From contig OZ024743.1 of assembly GCA_964016885.1 (NCBI GenBank), forward strand, positions 101,060,001 to 101,124,000: DNA of 64,000 bases, given 5' to 3'. This document shows positions 15,090 through 31,999 of the stretch, one piece after another. A program made the position numbers and the translations under genes. Every line of letters starts with the position of its first letter. Position 1 is the stretch's first letter. The DNA comes from Eledone cirrhosa (lineage: Eukaryota). The notes below the pieces were generated by a model. The model did not search any database. It worked only from the letters and a program-made list of their open reading frames with translations, and was not told the origin of the DNA.

Positions 15090-18000
15090 CATTCTTTCTA
15101 TATATTCCCCACTCTTTCTATGTATTCCCCACTCTTTCTATATATTCCTCGCTCATTCTATATATTCCCCACTCTTTCTATATATTCTCCACTCTTTCTA
15201 TATATTCCTCACTCTTTCTAGATATTCCCCACTCTTTCTATATATTCATCACTCATTCTATATATTCCTCACTTTTCCTACAATATATTCCTCACACTTT
15301 CTATATATTCCTCACTCTTTCTATATATTCCTGACTCTTTCTATATATTCCCTATTCTTTCTATAATATAATCCCCACTCTTTCTATATATTCCCCACTC
15401 TTTTTATATATTCCTCACTCTTTCTATATATTCCCCACTCTTTCTATATATTCCTCACTCTTTCTATATATTCCCCACTCTTTCTATATATTCCCCACTC
15501 TTTCTATATATTCCTCACTCTTTCTATATATTCCTCACTCTTTCCATATATTCGCCACTCTTTCTATATATTCCTCACTCTTTCTATATATTCCTCACTT
15601 TTTCTATATATTCCCCACTCTTTCTATAATATGTTACCCACTCTTTCTATATATTTCCCACTCTTTCTATATATTCCTCACTCTTTCTATATATTCGCCA
15701 CTCTTTCTATATGTTCCTCACTCTTTCTATATCTTCCTTACTCTTTCAATATATTCCCTACTCTTTCTATATATTCCTCACTCCTTCTATCATATATTCC
15801 CCACTCGTTCTATATATTCCCCACTCTTTCTATATATTCCCCACTCTTTCTATATATTCCTCACTCTTTCTATATATTCCCCACTCATTCAATATATTCC
15901 TCACTCTTTCTATATATTCCTCACTTTTTCTATATATTCCCCACTCTTTCTATAATATATTCCTCACTCTTTCTATATATTCCCCACTCCTTCTATATAT
16001 TCCCCACTCTTTCTATATATTCCCCACTCTTTCTATATATTCCCCACTCTTCGTATATATTCCCCACACTTTCTATATATTCCCCACTCTTTCTATATAT
16101 TCCCCACTCTTTCTATATATTCCCCACTCTCTCTATATATTCCTCACTCTTTCTATATATTCCTCATCTATCTATATATTACTAACTCTTTCTATATATT
16201 CCCCACTCTTTCTATATATTCCTCACTCTTTCTATAATATATTCCCCAGTCTTTCTATATATTCCTCACTCTTTCTATATATTCCCCACTCTTCGTATAT
16301 ATTCCCCACACTTTCTATATATTCCCCACTCTTTCTATATATTCCCCACTCTTTCTATATATTCCCCACTCTTTCTATATATTCCCCACTCTTTCTATAT
16401 ATTCCCCACTCTTTCTATAATATGGTCCCCACTCTTTCTATACATTCCCCACTCTTTCTATATATTCCCCACTCTTTCTATATATTCCGCACTCTTTCTA
16501 TATATTCCTCACTCTTTCTATATATTCACCACTCTTTCTATAATATATTCCTCACTCTTTCTATAATATCTTCCCCACTCTTTCTATATATTCCGCACTC
16601 TTTCTATATATTCCTCACTCTTTCTCGAATATCTTCCCCACTCTTTCTAAATATTCCTCACCATTTCTATATATTCCTCACTCTTTCTATATATTCCCTA
16701 CTCTTTCTATATATTCCCCACTTCTTCTATATATTCCCCACTCTTTCTATATATTACCCACTCTTTTTATATATTCCCCACACTTTCTATATATTCCTCA
16801 CTCTTTCTATATATTCCTCACTTTTTCTATATATTCTTCACTCTTTCTATATATTCCGCACTCTTTCTATATATTCCTCACTCTTTCTATATATTCCCCA
16901 CTCTTTCTATAATATATTCCTCACTCTTTCTATAATATATTCCCCACTCTTTCTATATATTCCCCACTCTTTCTATAATATGTTCCACACTCTTTCTATA
17001 TATTCCCCACTCTTTCTATATATTCCTCACTCTTTCTATATATTCCTCACTCTTTCTATATATTCCTCACTCTTTCTATATATTCCCCGCTCTTTCTATA
17101 TATTCCTCACTCTTTCTATATATTCCTCACTGTTGCTATATATTCCTCACTCTTTCTATATATTCCCCGCTCTTTGTATATATTCCCCACTCTTTCTATA
17201 TCTTCCCCACTCTTTCTATATATTCCTCACTCTTTCTATATATTCCTCACTCTTTCTATATATTCCTCACTCTTTCTATATATTCCCCGCTCTTTCTATA
17301 TATTCCCCACTCTTTCTATATATTCCCCACTCTTTCTATATATTCCCCACTCTTTCTATAATATGTTCCCCACTCTTTCTATATATTCCTCACTCTTTCT
17401 ATAATATATTCCCCACTCTTTTTATATATTCCCCTCTCTTTCTATATATTCCCCACTCTTTCTATATATTCCTCACTCTTTCTATACATACCTCACTCTT
17501 TATATATATTCCTCACTCTATCTATATATTCACCACTCTTTCTATATATTCCTAACTCTTTCTATAATATATTCCCCACTCTTTCTATATATTCCTCACT
17601 CTTTCCATATATTCCTCACTCTTTCTCTATATTCCCCACTCTTTCTATATATTCCGCACTGTTTCTATATATTCCTCACTCTTTCTATAATATATTCCCC
17701 ATTCTTTCTATATATTCCCCACTCTTTCTATGTATTCCCCACTCTTTCTATATATTCCTCGCTCATTCTATATATTCCCCACTCTTTCTATATATTCTCC
17801 ACTCTTTCTATATATTCCTCACTCTTTCTAGATATTCCCCACTCTTTCTATATATTCATCACTCATTCTATATATTCCTGACTCATTCTATATATTCCCT
17901 ATTCTTTCTATAATATATTCCCCACTCTTTCTATATATTCCCCACTCTTTTTATATATTCCTCACTCTTTCTATATATTCCCCACTCTTTCTATATATTC

Positions 18001-19110
18001 CTCACTCTTTCTATATATTCCCCACTCTTTCTATATATTCCTCACTCTTTCTATATATTCCTCACTCTTTCTATATATTCCTCACTCTTTCTATATATTC
18101 GCCACTCTTTCTATATATTCCTCACTCTTTCTATATCTTCCTCACTTTTTCTATATATTCCCCACTCTTTCTATAATATAATCATCACTCTTTCTATATA
18201 TTCCCCACTCTTTCTATATATTCCTCACTCTTTCTATAATATGTTACCCACTCTTTCTATATATTTCCCACTCTTTCTATATATTCCTCACTCTTTCTAT
18301 ATATTCGCCACTCTTTCTATATATTCCTCACTCTTTCTATATCTTCCTTACTCTTTCAATATATTCCCTACTCTTTCTATATATTCCGCACTCTTTCTAT
18401 CATATATTCCCCACTCGTTCTATATATTCCCCACTCTTTCTATATATTCCCCACTCTTTCTATATATTCCTCACTCTTTCTATAATATTTTCTCCACGCT
18501 TTCTATATATTCCCCACTCTTTCTATATATTCCCAACTCTTTCTATATATTCCTCACTCTTTCTATATATTCCCCACTCATTCAATATATTCCTCACTCT
18601 TTCTATATATTCCTCACTTTTTCTATATATTCCCCACTCTTTCTATAATATATTCCTCACTCTTTCTATATATTCCCCACTCCTTCTATATATTCCCCAC
18701 TCTTTCTATATATTCCCCACTCTTTCTATATATTCCCCACACTTTCTATATATTCCCCACTCTTTCTATATATTCCCCACTCTTTCTATATATTCCCCAC
18801 TCTCTCTATATATTCCTCACTCTTTCTATATATTCCTCATCTATCTATATATTACTAACTCTTTCTATATATTCCCCACTCTTTCTATATATTCCTCACT
18901 CTTTCTATTATATATTCCCCAGTCTTTCTATATATTCCTCACTCTTTCTATATATTCCCCACTCTTCGTATATATTCCCCACACTTTCTATATATTCCCC
19001 ACTCTTTCTATATATTCCCCACTCTTTCTATATATTCCCCACTCTTTCTATATATTCCCCACTCTTTCTATATATTCCCCACTCTTTCTATAATATGTTC
19101 CCCACTCTTT
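15090..19110. repeat. Imperfect duplication: ~15090-16430 related to ~17700-19110 (offset ~2.6-2.7 kb)
   Basis: ORF pair 15631/18241 has offset 2610. The private 19-bp monomer cctcatctatctatatatt followed by actaact occurs at ~16162 and ~18835, and ccccagtc plus cttcgtat follow in both copies. Confidence 0.7.
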
Positions 19111-19559
19111 CTATATATTCCCCACTCTTTCTATATATTCCCCACTCTTTCTATATATTCCTCACTCTTTCTATATATTCCCCACTCTTTCTATATATTC
19201 CCCACTCTTTTTATATATTCCCCACTCTTTCTATATATTCCCCACTCTTTCTATATATTCCTCTCTCTTTCTATATAATCCTCACTCTTTCTATATATTC
19301 CCCACTCTTTCTATTTATTCCCCACTTCTTCTATATATTCCCCACTCTTTCTATATATTACCCACTCTTTTTATATATTCCCCACCCTTTCTATATATTC
19401 CTCACTCTTTCTATATATTCCTCACTTTTTCTATATATTCCTCACTCTTTCTATATATTCCCCACTCTTTCTATATATTGCTCACTCTTTCTATATATTC
19501 TCCACTCTTTCTATAATATATTCCTCACTCTTTCTATAATATATTCCCCACTCTTTCTA

Positions 19560-22500
19560 TATATTCGCCACTCTTTCTATATATTCCCCACTCTTTCTAT
19601 ATATTCCCCACTCTTTCTATATATTCCCCACTCTTTCTATAATATGTTCCACACTCTTTCTATATATTCCCCACTCTTTCTATATATTCCTCACTCTTTC
19701 TATATATTCCTCACTCTTTCTATATATTCCTCACTCTTTCTATATATTCCCCACTCTTTCTATATTTTCCTCACTCTTGCTATATATGCCTTACTCTTGC
19801 TATATATTTCTCACACTTTCTATAATATCTTCCCCACTCTTTCTATATATTCCGCACTCTTTCTATATATTCCTCACTCTTTCTCGAATATCTTCCCCAC
19901 TCTTTCTAAATATTCCTCACCATTTCTATATATTCCTCACTCTTTCTATATATTCCCTACTCTTTCTATATATTCCCCACTTCTTCTATATATTCCCCAC
20001 TCTTTCTATATATTACCCACTCTTTTTATATATTCCCCACACTTTCTATATATTCCTCTCTCTTTCTATATATTCCTCACTTTTTCTATATATTCTTCAC
20101 ACTTTCTATATATTCCGCACTCTTTCTATATATTCCTCACTCTTTCTATATATTCCCCACTCTTTCTATAATATATTCCTCACTATTTCTATAATATATT
20201 CCCCACTCTTTCTATATATTCGCCACTCTTTCTATATATTCCCCACTCTTTCTATATATTCCCCACTCTTTCTATAATATGTTCCACACTCTTTCTATAT
20301 ATTCCCCACTCTTTCTATATATTCCTCACTCTTTCTATATATTCCTCACTCTTTCTATATATTCCTCACTCTTTCTATATATTCCCCGCTCTTTCTATAT
20401 ATTCCTCACTCTTTCTATATATTCCTCACTGTTGCTATATATTCCTCACTCTTTCTATATATTCCCCGCTCTTTCTATATATTCCCCACTCTTTCTATAT
20501 CTTCCCCACTCTTTCTATATATTCCTCACTCTTTCTATATATTCCTCACTCTTTCTATATATTCCTCACTCTTTCTCGATATTCCCCGCTCTTTCTATAT
20601 ATTCCCCACTCTTTCTATATATTCCCCACTCTTTCTATATATTCCCCACTCTTTCTATAATATGTTCCCCACTCTTTCTATATATTCCTCACTCTTTCTA
20701 TAATATATTCCCCACTCTTTTTATATATTCCCCTCTCTTTCTATATATTCCCCACTCTTTCTATATATTCCTCACTCTTTCTATACATACCTCACTCTTT
20801 ATATATATTCCTCACTCTTTCTATATATTCACCACTCTTTCTATATATTCCTAACTCTTTCTATAATATATTCCCCATTCTTTCTATATATTCCTCACTC
20901 TTTCCATATATTCCTCACTCTTTCTCTATATTCCCCACTCTTTCTATATATTCCCCACTGTTTCTATATATTCCTCACTCTTTCTTTAATATATTCCCCA
21001 CACTTTCTATATATTCCTCATTCTTTCTATATATTCCTCATTCTTTTTATATATTCCTCACACTTTTTATATATTTCCCACTCTTTCTATATATTCCCCA
21101 CTCTTTCTATATATTCCTCACTCTTTCTATATATTCCTCACTCTTTCTATATATTCCTCACTCTTTCTATATATTCCCTATTCTTTCTATAATATATTCC
21201 CCACTCTTTCTATATATTCCCCACTCTTTTTATATATTCCCCACTCTCTCTATATATTCCTCACTCTTTCTATAATATATTCCCCATTCTTTCTATATAT
21301 TCCCCACTCTTTCTATATATTCCCCAATCTTTCTATGTATTCCCCACTCTTTCTATATATTCCTCGCTCATTCTATATATTCCCCACTCTTTCTATATAT
21401 TCTCCACTCTTTCTATATATTCCTCACTCTTTCTAGATATTCCCCACTCTTTCTATATATTCATCACTCATTCTATATATTCCTCACTTTTCCTACAATA
21501 TATTCCTCACTCTTTCTATATATTCCCCACTCTTTCTATATCTTCCCCACTCTTTCTATATATTCCTAACTGTTTCTATATACTCCCCACTCTTTCTATA
21601 TATTCATCACTCATTCTATATCTTCCTCACTCTTTCTATATATTCCTCACTCTTTCTATATATTCCCCACTCTTTCTATATATTCCTCACTCTTTCTATA
21701 TATTCCCGACTCTTTCTATATAATCCCCACTCTTTCTATATATTCCCCACTCTTTCTATATATTCCTCACTCTTTCTATATATTCCCCACTCTTTCTATA
21801 TATTCCTCACTATTTCTATATATTCCTCACTCTTTCTATATATTCACCACTCTTTCTATATATTCCTCACTCTTTCTATATATTCCTCACACTTTCTATA
21901 TATTCCCCACTCTTTCTATTTATTCCTCACTCTTTTTATATATTCCCCACTCTTTCTATATATTCCCCACTCTTTCTATATATTCGCCACTCTTTCTATA
22001 TATTCCCCACTCTTTCTATATATTCCCCACTCTTTCTATATATTCCCCACTCTTTCTATAATATGTTCCACACTCTTTCTATATATTCCCCACTCTTTCT
22101 ATATATTCCTCACTCTTTCTATATAGTCCTCACTCTTTCTATATATTCCTCACTCTTTCTATATATTCCCCACTCTTTCTATATTTTCCTCACTCTTGCT
22201 ATATATGCCTTACTCTTGCTATATATTTCTCACTCTTTCTATAATATCTTCCCCACTCTTTCTATATATTCCGCACTCTTTCTATATATTCCTCACTCTT
22301 TCTCGAATATCTTCCCCACTCTTTCTAAATATTCCTCACCATTTCTATATATTCCTCACTCTTTCTATATATTCCCTACTCTTTCTATATATTCCCCACT
22401 TCTTCTATATATTCCCCACTCTTTCTATATATTACCCACTCTTTTTATATATTCCCCACACTTTCTATATATTCCTCACTCTTTCTATATATTCCTCACT

Positions 22501-24160
22501 TTTTCTATATATTCTTCACTCTTTCTATATATTCCGCACTCTTTCTATATAATACTCACTCTTTCTATATATTCCCCACTCTTTCTATAATATATTCCTC
22601 ACTCTTTCTATAATATATTCCCCACTCTTTCTATATATTCGCCACTCTTTCTATATATTCCCCACTCTTTCTATATATTCCCCACTCTTTCTATAATATG
22701 TTCCACACTCTTTCTATATATTCCCCACTCTTTCTATATATTCCTCACTCTTTCTATATATTCCTCACTCTTTCTATATATTCCTCACTCTTTCTATATA
22801 TTCCCCGCTCTTTCTATATATTCCTCACTCTTTCTATATATTCCTCACTGTTGCTATATATTCCTCACTCTTTCTATATATTCCCCGCTCTTTCTATATA
22901 TTCCCCACTCTTTCTATATCTTCCCCACTCTTTCTATATATTCCTCACTCTTTCTATATATTCCTCACTCTTTCTATATATTCCTCACTCTTTCTATATA
23001 TTCCCCGCTCTTTCTATATATTCCCCACTCTTTCTATATATTCCCCACTCTTTCTATATATTCCCCACTCTTTCTATAATATGTTCCCCACTCTTTCTAT
23101 ATATTCCTCACTCTTTCTATAATATATTCCCCACTCTTTTTATATATTCCCCTCTCTTTCTATATATTCCCCACTCTTTCTATATATTCCTCACTCTTTC
23201 TATACATACCTCACTCTTTATATATATTCCTCACTCTTTCTATATATTCACCACTCTTTCTATATATTCCTAACTCTTTCTATATTATATTCCCCACTCT
23301 TTCTATATATTCCTCACTCTTTCCATATATTCCTCACTCTTTCTCTATATTCCCCACTCTTTCTATATATTCCCCACTGTTTCTATATATTCCTCACTCT
23401 TTCTTTAATATATTCCCCACACTTTCTATATATTCCTCATTCTCTCTATATATTCCTCATTCTTTCTATATATTCCTCACACTTTTTATATATTTCCCAC
23501 TCTTTCTATATATTCCCCACTCTTTCTATACATTCCTCACTCTTTCTATATATTCCTCACTCTTTCTATATATTCCTCACTCTTTCTATATATTCCCTAT
23601 TCTTTCTATAATATATTCCCCACTCTTTCTATATATTCCCCACTCTCTTTATATATTCCCCACTCTCTCTATATATTCCTCACTCTTTCTATAATATATT
23701 CCCCATTCTTTCTATATATTCCCCACTCTTTCTATGTATTCCCCACTCTTTCTATATATTCCTCGCTCATTCTATATATTCCCCACTCTTTCTATATATT
23801 CCTCACTCTTTCTAGATATTCCCCACTCTTTCTATATATTCATCACTCATTCTATATATTCCTCACTTTTCCTACAATATATTCCTCACTCTTTCTATAT
23901 ATTCCCCACTCTTTCTATATCTTCCCCACTCTTTCTATATATTCCTAACTGTTTCTATATACTCCCCACTCTTTCTATATATTCATCACTCATTCTATAT
24001 CTTCCTCACTCTTTCTATATATTCCTCACTCTTTCTATATATTCCCCACTCTTTCTATATATTCCTCACTCTTTCTATATATTCCCCACTCTTTCTATAT
24101 ATTCCTCACTCTTTCTATATATTCCCGACTCTTTCTATATAATCCCCACTCTTTCTATTA
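19560..24160. repeat. Near-tandem duplication, period 2,419 bp
   Basis: ORF pairs 19777/22196 and 20279/22698 share the offset. Private variants tatatatgcctta (~19781/22200) and cctaactgtttc (~21565/23945) are shared. Confidence 0.85.
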
Positions 24161-25479
24161 TTCCCCACTCTTTCTATATATTCCTCACTCTTTCTATATA
24201 TTCCCCACTCTTTCTATATATTCCTCACTATTTCTATATATTCCTCACTCTTTCTATATATTCACCACTCTTTCTATATATTCTTCACTCTTTCTATATA
24301 TTCCTCACTCTTTCTATATATTCCCCACTCTTTCTATTTATTCCTCACTCTTTTTATATATTCCCCACTCTTTCTATATATTCCCCACTCTTTCTATTTA
24401 TTCCCCAATCTTTTTATATATTGCCCACTCTTTCTATATATTCCCTACTCTTTCTATATATTCCCCACTTCTTCTATATATTCCCCACTCTTTCTATATA
24501 TTCTCCACTCTTTCTATATATTACCCACTCTTTTCATATATTCCCCACCCTTTCTATATATTCCTCACTCTTTCTATATATTCCTCACTTTTTCCATATA
24601 TTCCTCACTCTTTCTATATATTCCCCACTCTTTCTATATATTGCTCACTCTTTCTATATATTCTCCACTCTTTCTATAATATATTCCTCACTCTTTCTAT
24701 AATATATTCCCCACTCTTTCTATATATTCGCCACTCTTTCTATATATTCCCCACTCTTTCTATATATTCCCCACTCTTTCTATATATTCCCCACTCTTTC
24801 TATATATTCCTCACTCTTTCTATATATTCCTCACTCTTTCTATATATTCCTCACTCTTTCTATATATTCCTCACTCTTTCTATATATTCCCCACTCTTTC
24901 TATATTTTCCTCACTCTTGCTATATATTCCTTACTCTTGCTATATATTTCTCACTCTTTCTATAATATCTTCCCCACTCTTTCTATATATTCCCCACTCT
25001 TTCTATATATTCCTCACTCTTTCTCGAATGTCTTCCCCACTCTTTCTAAATATTCCTCACCATTTCTATATATTCCTCACTCTTTCAATATATTCCCTAC
25101 TCTTTCTATATATTCCCCACTTCTTCTATATATTCCCCACTCTTTCTATATATTACCCACTCTTTTTATATATTCCCCAAACTTTCTATATATTCCTCAC
25201 TCTTTCTATATATTCCTCACTTTTTCTATATATTCTTCACTCTTTCTATATATTCCCCACTCTTCCTACATATTCCCCACTCTTTCTATAATATGTTCCC
25301 CACTCTTTCTATATATTCCTCACTCTTTCTATAATATATTCCCCACTCTTTTTATATATTACCCTCTGTTTCTATATATTCCCCACTCTTTGTATATATT
25401 CCTCACTCTTTCTATACATACCTTACTCTTTATATATATTCCTCACTCTTTCTCTATATTCCCCACTCTTTCTATATAT

Positions 25480-28400
25480 TCCCCACTGTTTCTATATATT
25501 CCTCACTCTTTCTTTAATATATTCCCCACACTTTCTATATATTCCTCATTCTTTCTATATATTCCTCATTCTTTCTATATATTCCTCACAATTTTTATAT
25601 ATTTCCCACTCTTTCTATATATTCCCCACTCTTTCTATATATTCCTCACTCTTTCTATATATTCCTCACTCTTTCTATATATTCCTCACTCTTTCTATAT
25701 ATTCCCTATTCTTTCTATAATATATTCCCCACTCTTTCTATATATTCCCCACTCTCTCTATATATTCCTCACTCTTTCTATAATATATTCCCCATTCTTT
25801 CTATATATTTCCCACTCTTTCTATGTATTCCCCACTCTTTCTATATATTCCTCGCTCATTCTATATATTCCCCACTCTTTCTATATATTCTCCACTCTTT
25901 CTATATATTCCTCACTCTTTCTAGATATTCCCCACTCTTTCTATATATTCATCACTCATTCTATATATTCCTCACTTTTCCTACAATATATTCCTCACTC
26001 TTTCTATATATTCCCCACTCTTTCTATATCTTCCCCACTCTTTCTATATATTCCTCACTGTTTCTATATACTCCCCACTCTTTCTATATATTCATCACTC
26101 ATTCTATATCTTCCTCACTCTTTCTATATATTCCTCACTCTTTCTATATATTCCCCACTCTTTCTAAATATTCCTCACTCTTTTTATATATTCCCCACTC
26201 TTTCTATATATTCCTCACTCTTTCTATATATTCCCGACTCTTTCTATATAATCCCCACTCTTTCTATATATTCCCCACTCTTTCTATATATTCCCCACTC
26301 TTTCTATATATTCCCCACTCTTTCTATATATTCCTCACTATTTCTATATATTCCTCACTCTTTCTATATATTCACCACTCTTTCTATATATTCCTCACTC
26401 TTTCTATATATTCCTCACTCTTTCTATATATTCCCCACTCTTTCTATTTATTCCTCACTCTTTTCATATATTCCCCACTCTTTCTATATATTCCCCACTC
26501 TTTCTATATATTCCTCTCTCTTTCTATATAATCCTCACTCTTTCTATATATTCCCCACTCTTTCTATTTATTCCCCACTCTTTTTATATATTGCCCACTC
26601 TTTCTATATATTCCCTACTCTTTCTATATATTCCCCACTTCTTCTATATATTCCCCACTCTTTCTATATATTCTCCACTCTTTCTATATATTACCCACTC
26701 TTTTTATATATTCCCCACCCTTTCTATATATTCCTCACTCTTTCTATATATTCCTCACTTTTTCTATATATTCCTCACTCTTTCTATATATTCCCCACTC
26801 TTTCTATATATTGCTCACTCTTTCTATATATTCTCCACTCTTTCTATAATATATTCCTCACTCTTTCTATAATATATTCCCCACTCTTTCTATATATTCG
26901 CCACTCTTTCTATATATTCCCCACTCTTTCTATATATTCCCCACTCTTTCTATATATTCCCCACTCTTTCTATAATATGTTCCACACTCTTTCTATATAT
27001 TCCCCACTCTTTCTATATATTCCTCACTCTTTCTATATATTCCTCACTCTTTCTATATATTCCTCACTCTTTCTATGTATTCCCCACTCTTTCTATATTT
27101 TCCTCACTCTTGCTATATATTCCTTACTCTTGCTATATATTTCTCACTCTTTCTATAATATCTTCCCCACTCTTTCTATATATTCCCCACTCTTTCTATA
27201 TATTCCTCACTCTTTCTCGAATATCTTCCCCACTCTTTCTAAATATTCCTCACCATTTCTATATATTCCTCACTCTTTCTATATATTCCCTACTCTTTCT
27301 ATATATTCCCCACTTCTTCTATATATTCCCCACTCTTTCTATATATTACCTACTCTTTTTATATATTCCCCACACTTTCTATATATTCCTCACTCATTCT
27401 ATATATTCCTCACTTTTTCTATATATTCTTCACTCTTTCTATATATTCCCCACTCTTTCTATATATTCCTCACTCTTTCTATATATTCCCCACTCTTTCT
27501 ATAATATATTCCTCACTCTTTCTATAATATATTCCCCACTCTTTCTATATATTCGCCACTCTTTCTATATATTCCCCACTTTTTCTATATATTCCCCACT
27601 CTTTCTATAATATGTTCCACACTCTTTCTATATATTCCCCACTGTTTCTAAATATTCCTCACTCTTTCTTTAATATATTCCCCACACTTTCTATATATTC
27701 CTCATTCTTTCTATATATTCCTCATTCTTTCTATATATTCCTCACAATTTTTATATATTTCCCACTCTTTCTATATATTCCCCACTCTTTCTATATATTC
27801 CTCACTCTTTCAATATATTCCTCACTCTTTCTATATATTCCTCACTCTTTCTATATATTCCCTATTCTTTCTATAATATATTCCCCACTCTTTCCATATA
27901 TTCCCCACTCTCTCTATATATTCCTCACTCTTTCTATAATATATTCCCCATTCTTTCTATATATTCCCCACTCTTTCTATGTATTCCCCACTCTTTCTAT
28001 ATATTCCTCGCTCATTCTATATATTCCCCACTCTTTCTATATATTCTCCACTCTTTCTATATATTCCTCACTCTTTCTAGATTTTCCCCACTCTTTCTAT
28101 ATATTCATCACTCATTCTATATATTCCTCACTTTTCCTACAATATATTCCTCACTCTTTCTATATATTCCCCACTCTTTCTATATCTTCCCCACTCTTTC
28201 TATATATTCCTCACTGTTTCTATATACTCCCCACTCTTTCTATATATTCATCACTCATTCTATATCTTCCTCACTCTTTCTATATATTCCTCACTCTTTC
28301 TATATATTCCCCACTCTTTCTAAATATTCCTCACTCTTTTTATATATTCCCCACTCTTTCTATATATTCCTCACTCTTTCTATATATTCCCGACTCTTTC

Positions 28401-29830
28401 TATATAATCCCCACTCTTTCTATATATTCCCCACTCTTTCTATATATTCCCCACTCTTTCTATATATTCCCCACTCTTTCTATATATTCCTCACTCTTTC
28501 TATATATTCCCCACTCTTTCTATATATTCCTCACTATTTCTATATATTCCTCACTCTTTCTATATATTCACCACTCTTTCTATATATTCCTCACTCTTTC
28601 TATATATTCCTCACTCTTTCTATATATTCCCCACTCTTTCTATTTATTCCTCACTCTTTTCATATATTCCCCACTCTTTCTATATATTCCCCACTCTTTC
28701 TATATATTCCTCTCTCTTTCTATATAATCCTCACTCTTTCTATATATTCCCCACTCTTTCTATTTATTCCCCACTCTTTTTATATATTGCCCACTCTTTC
28801 TATATATTCCCTACTCTTTCTATATATTCCCCACTTCTTCTATATATTCCCCACTCTTTCTATATATTCTCCACTCTTTCTATATATTACCCACTCTTTT
28901 TATATATTCCCCACCCTTTCTATATATTCCTCACTCTTTCTATATATTCCTCACTTTTTCTATATATTCCTCACTCTTTCTATATATTCCCCACTCTTTC
29001 TATATATTGCTCACTCTTTCTATATATTCTCCACTCTTTCTATAATATATTCCTCACTCTTTCTATAATATATTCCCCACTCTTTCTATATATTCGCCAC
29101 TCTTTCTATATATTCCCCACTCTTTCTATATATTCCCCACTCTTTCTATATATTCCCCACTCTTTCTATAATATGTTCCACACTCTTTCTATATATTCCC
29201 CACTCTTTCTATATATTCCTCACTCTTTCTATATATTCCTCACTCTTTCTATATATTCCTCACTCTTTCTATGTATTCCCCACTCTTTCTATATTTTCCT
29301 CACTCTTGCTATATATTCCTTACTCTTGCTATATATTTCTCACTCTTTCTATAATATCTTCCCCACTCTTTCTATATATTCCCCACTCTTTCTATATATT
29401 CCTCACTCTTTCTCGAATATCTTCCCCTCTCTTTCTAAATATTCCTCACCATTTCTATATATTCCTCACTCTTTCTATATATTCCCTACTCTTTCTATAT
29501 ATTCCCCACTTCTTCTATATATTCCCCACTCTTTCTATATATTACCTACTCTTTTTATATATTCCCCACACTTTCTATATATTCCTCACTCATTCTATAT
29601 ATTCCTCACTTTTTCTATATATTCTTCACTCTTTCTATATATTCCCCACTCTTTCTATATATTCCTCACTCTTTCTATATATTCCCCACTCTTTCTATAA
29701 TATATTCCTCACTCTTTCTATAATATATTCCCCACTCTTTCTATATATTCGCCACTCTTTCTATATATTCCCCACTTTTTCTATATATTCCCCACTCTTT
29801 CTATAATATGTTCCACACTCTTTCTATATA
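25480..29830. repeat. Tandem duplication, period 2,156-2,196 bp
   Basis: ORF pairs 26591/28787, 27110/29306 and 27612/29808 have offset 2196. Private ctcacaattttt occurs at 25585 and 27741 (offset 2156, so two extra monomers downstream), and tattacctact occurs at ~27345 and ~29540. Confidence 0.87.
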
Positions 29831-31999
29831 TTCCCCACTCTTTCTATATATTCATCACTCTTTCTATATATTCCTCACTCTTTCTATATATTCCTCACTC
29901 TTTCTATATATTCCCCGCTCTTTCTATATATTCCACACTCATTCTATATATTCCCCACTGTTGCTATATATTCCTCACTCTTTCTATATATTCCCCGCTC
30001 TTTCTATATATTCCCCACTCTTTCTATATCTTCCCCACTCTTTCTATATATTCCTCACTCTTTCTATATATTCCTCACTCTTTCTATATATTCCTCACTC
30101 TTTCTATATATTCCCCGCTCTTTCTATTATGTTCCCCACTCTTTCTATATATTCCCCACTCTTTCTATATATTCCCCACTCTTTCTATAATATATTCCCC
30201 ACTCTTTCTATATATTCCTCACTCTTTCTATAATATATTCCCCACTCTTTTTATATATTCCCCTCTCTTTCTATATATTCCCCACTCTTTCTATATATTC
30301 CTCACTCTTTCTATACATACTTCACTCTTTATATATATTCCTCACTCTTTCTATATATTCACCACTCTTTCTATATATTCCTAACTCTTTCTATAATATA
30401 TTCCCCACTCTTTCTATATATTCCTCACTCTTTCCATATATTCCTCACTCTTTCTCTATATTCCCCACTCTTTCTATATATTCCCCACTGTTTCTATATA
30501 TTCCTCACTCTTTCTTTAATATATTCCCCACACTTTCTATATATTCCTCACTCTTTCTATATATTCCTCACTCTTTCTATATATTCCCTATTCTTTCTAT
30601 AATATATTCCCCACTCTTTCTATATATTCCCCACTCTTTTTATATATTCCCCACTCTCTCTATATATTCCTCACTCTTTCTATAATATATTCCCCATTTT
30701 TTCTATATATTCCCCACTCTTTCTATGTATTCCCCACTCTTTCTATATATTCCTCGCTCATTCTATATATTCCCCACTCTTTCTATATATTCCCCACTCT
30801 TTCTATATATTCCTCACTCTTTCTAGATATTCCCCACTCTTTCTATATATTCATCACTCATTCTATATATTCCTCACTTTTCCTACAATATATTCCTCAC
30901 TCTTTCTATATATTCCCCACTCTTTCTATATCTTCCCCACTCTTTCTATATATTCCTCACTGTTTCTATATACTCCCCACTCTTTCTATATATTCATCAC
31001 TCATTCTATATCTTCCTCACTCTTTCTATATATTCCTCACTCTTTCTATATATTCCCCACTCTTTCTATATATTCCTCACTCTTTCTATATATTCCCCAC
31101 TCTTTCTATATATTCCTCACTCTTTCTATATATTCACCACTCTTTTTATATATTCCCCTCTCTTTCTATATATTCCCGACTCTTTCTATATAATCCCCAC
31201 TCTTTCTATATATTCCCCACTCTTTCTATATATTCCTCACTCTTTCTATATATTCTCCACTCTTTCGATAATATATTCCTCACTCTTTCTATATATTCCC
31301 CACTCTTTCTATATATTCCCCACTCTTTCTATATATTCCCCCCTCTTTCTATATATTCCCCACTCTTTCTATATTTTCCCCACTCTTTCTATATATTCCT
31401 CACTGTTTCTATATACTCCCCACTCTTTCTATATATTCATCACTCTTTCTATATCTTCCTCACTCTTTCTATATATTCCTCACTCTTTCTATATATTCCC
31501 CACTCTTTCTATATATTCCTCACTCTTTGTATATATTCCCCACTCTTTCTATATATTCCTCACTCTTTCTATATATTCCCCACTCTTTTTATATATTCCC
31601 CACTCTTTCTATATATTCCCGACTCTTTCTATATAATCCCCACTCTTTCTATATATTCCCCACTCTTTCTATATATTCCTCACTCTTTCTATATATTCTC
31701 CACTCTTTCTATAATATATTCCTCACTCTTTCTATATATTCCCCACTCTTTCTATATATTCCCCACTCTTTCTATATAGTCCCCACTCTTTCTATATATT
31801 CCTCACTCTTTCTGTATATTCCTCACTCTTTCTATATATTCCTCACTCTTTCTCGATATTCCCCACTCTTTCTATATATTCCTCACTCCTTCTATATATT
31901 CCTCACTCTTTCTATATATTCCTCACTCTTTCTATATATTCCCCACTCTTTCTATATATTCCTCACTCTTTCTATATATTCCCCACTCTTTCTATATAT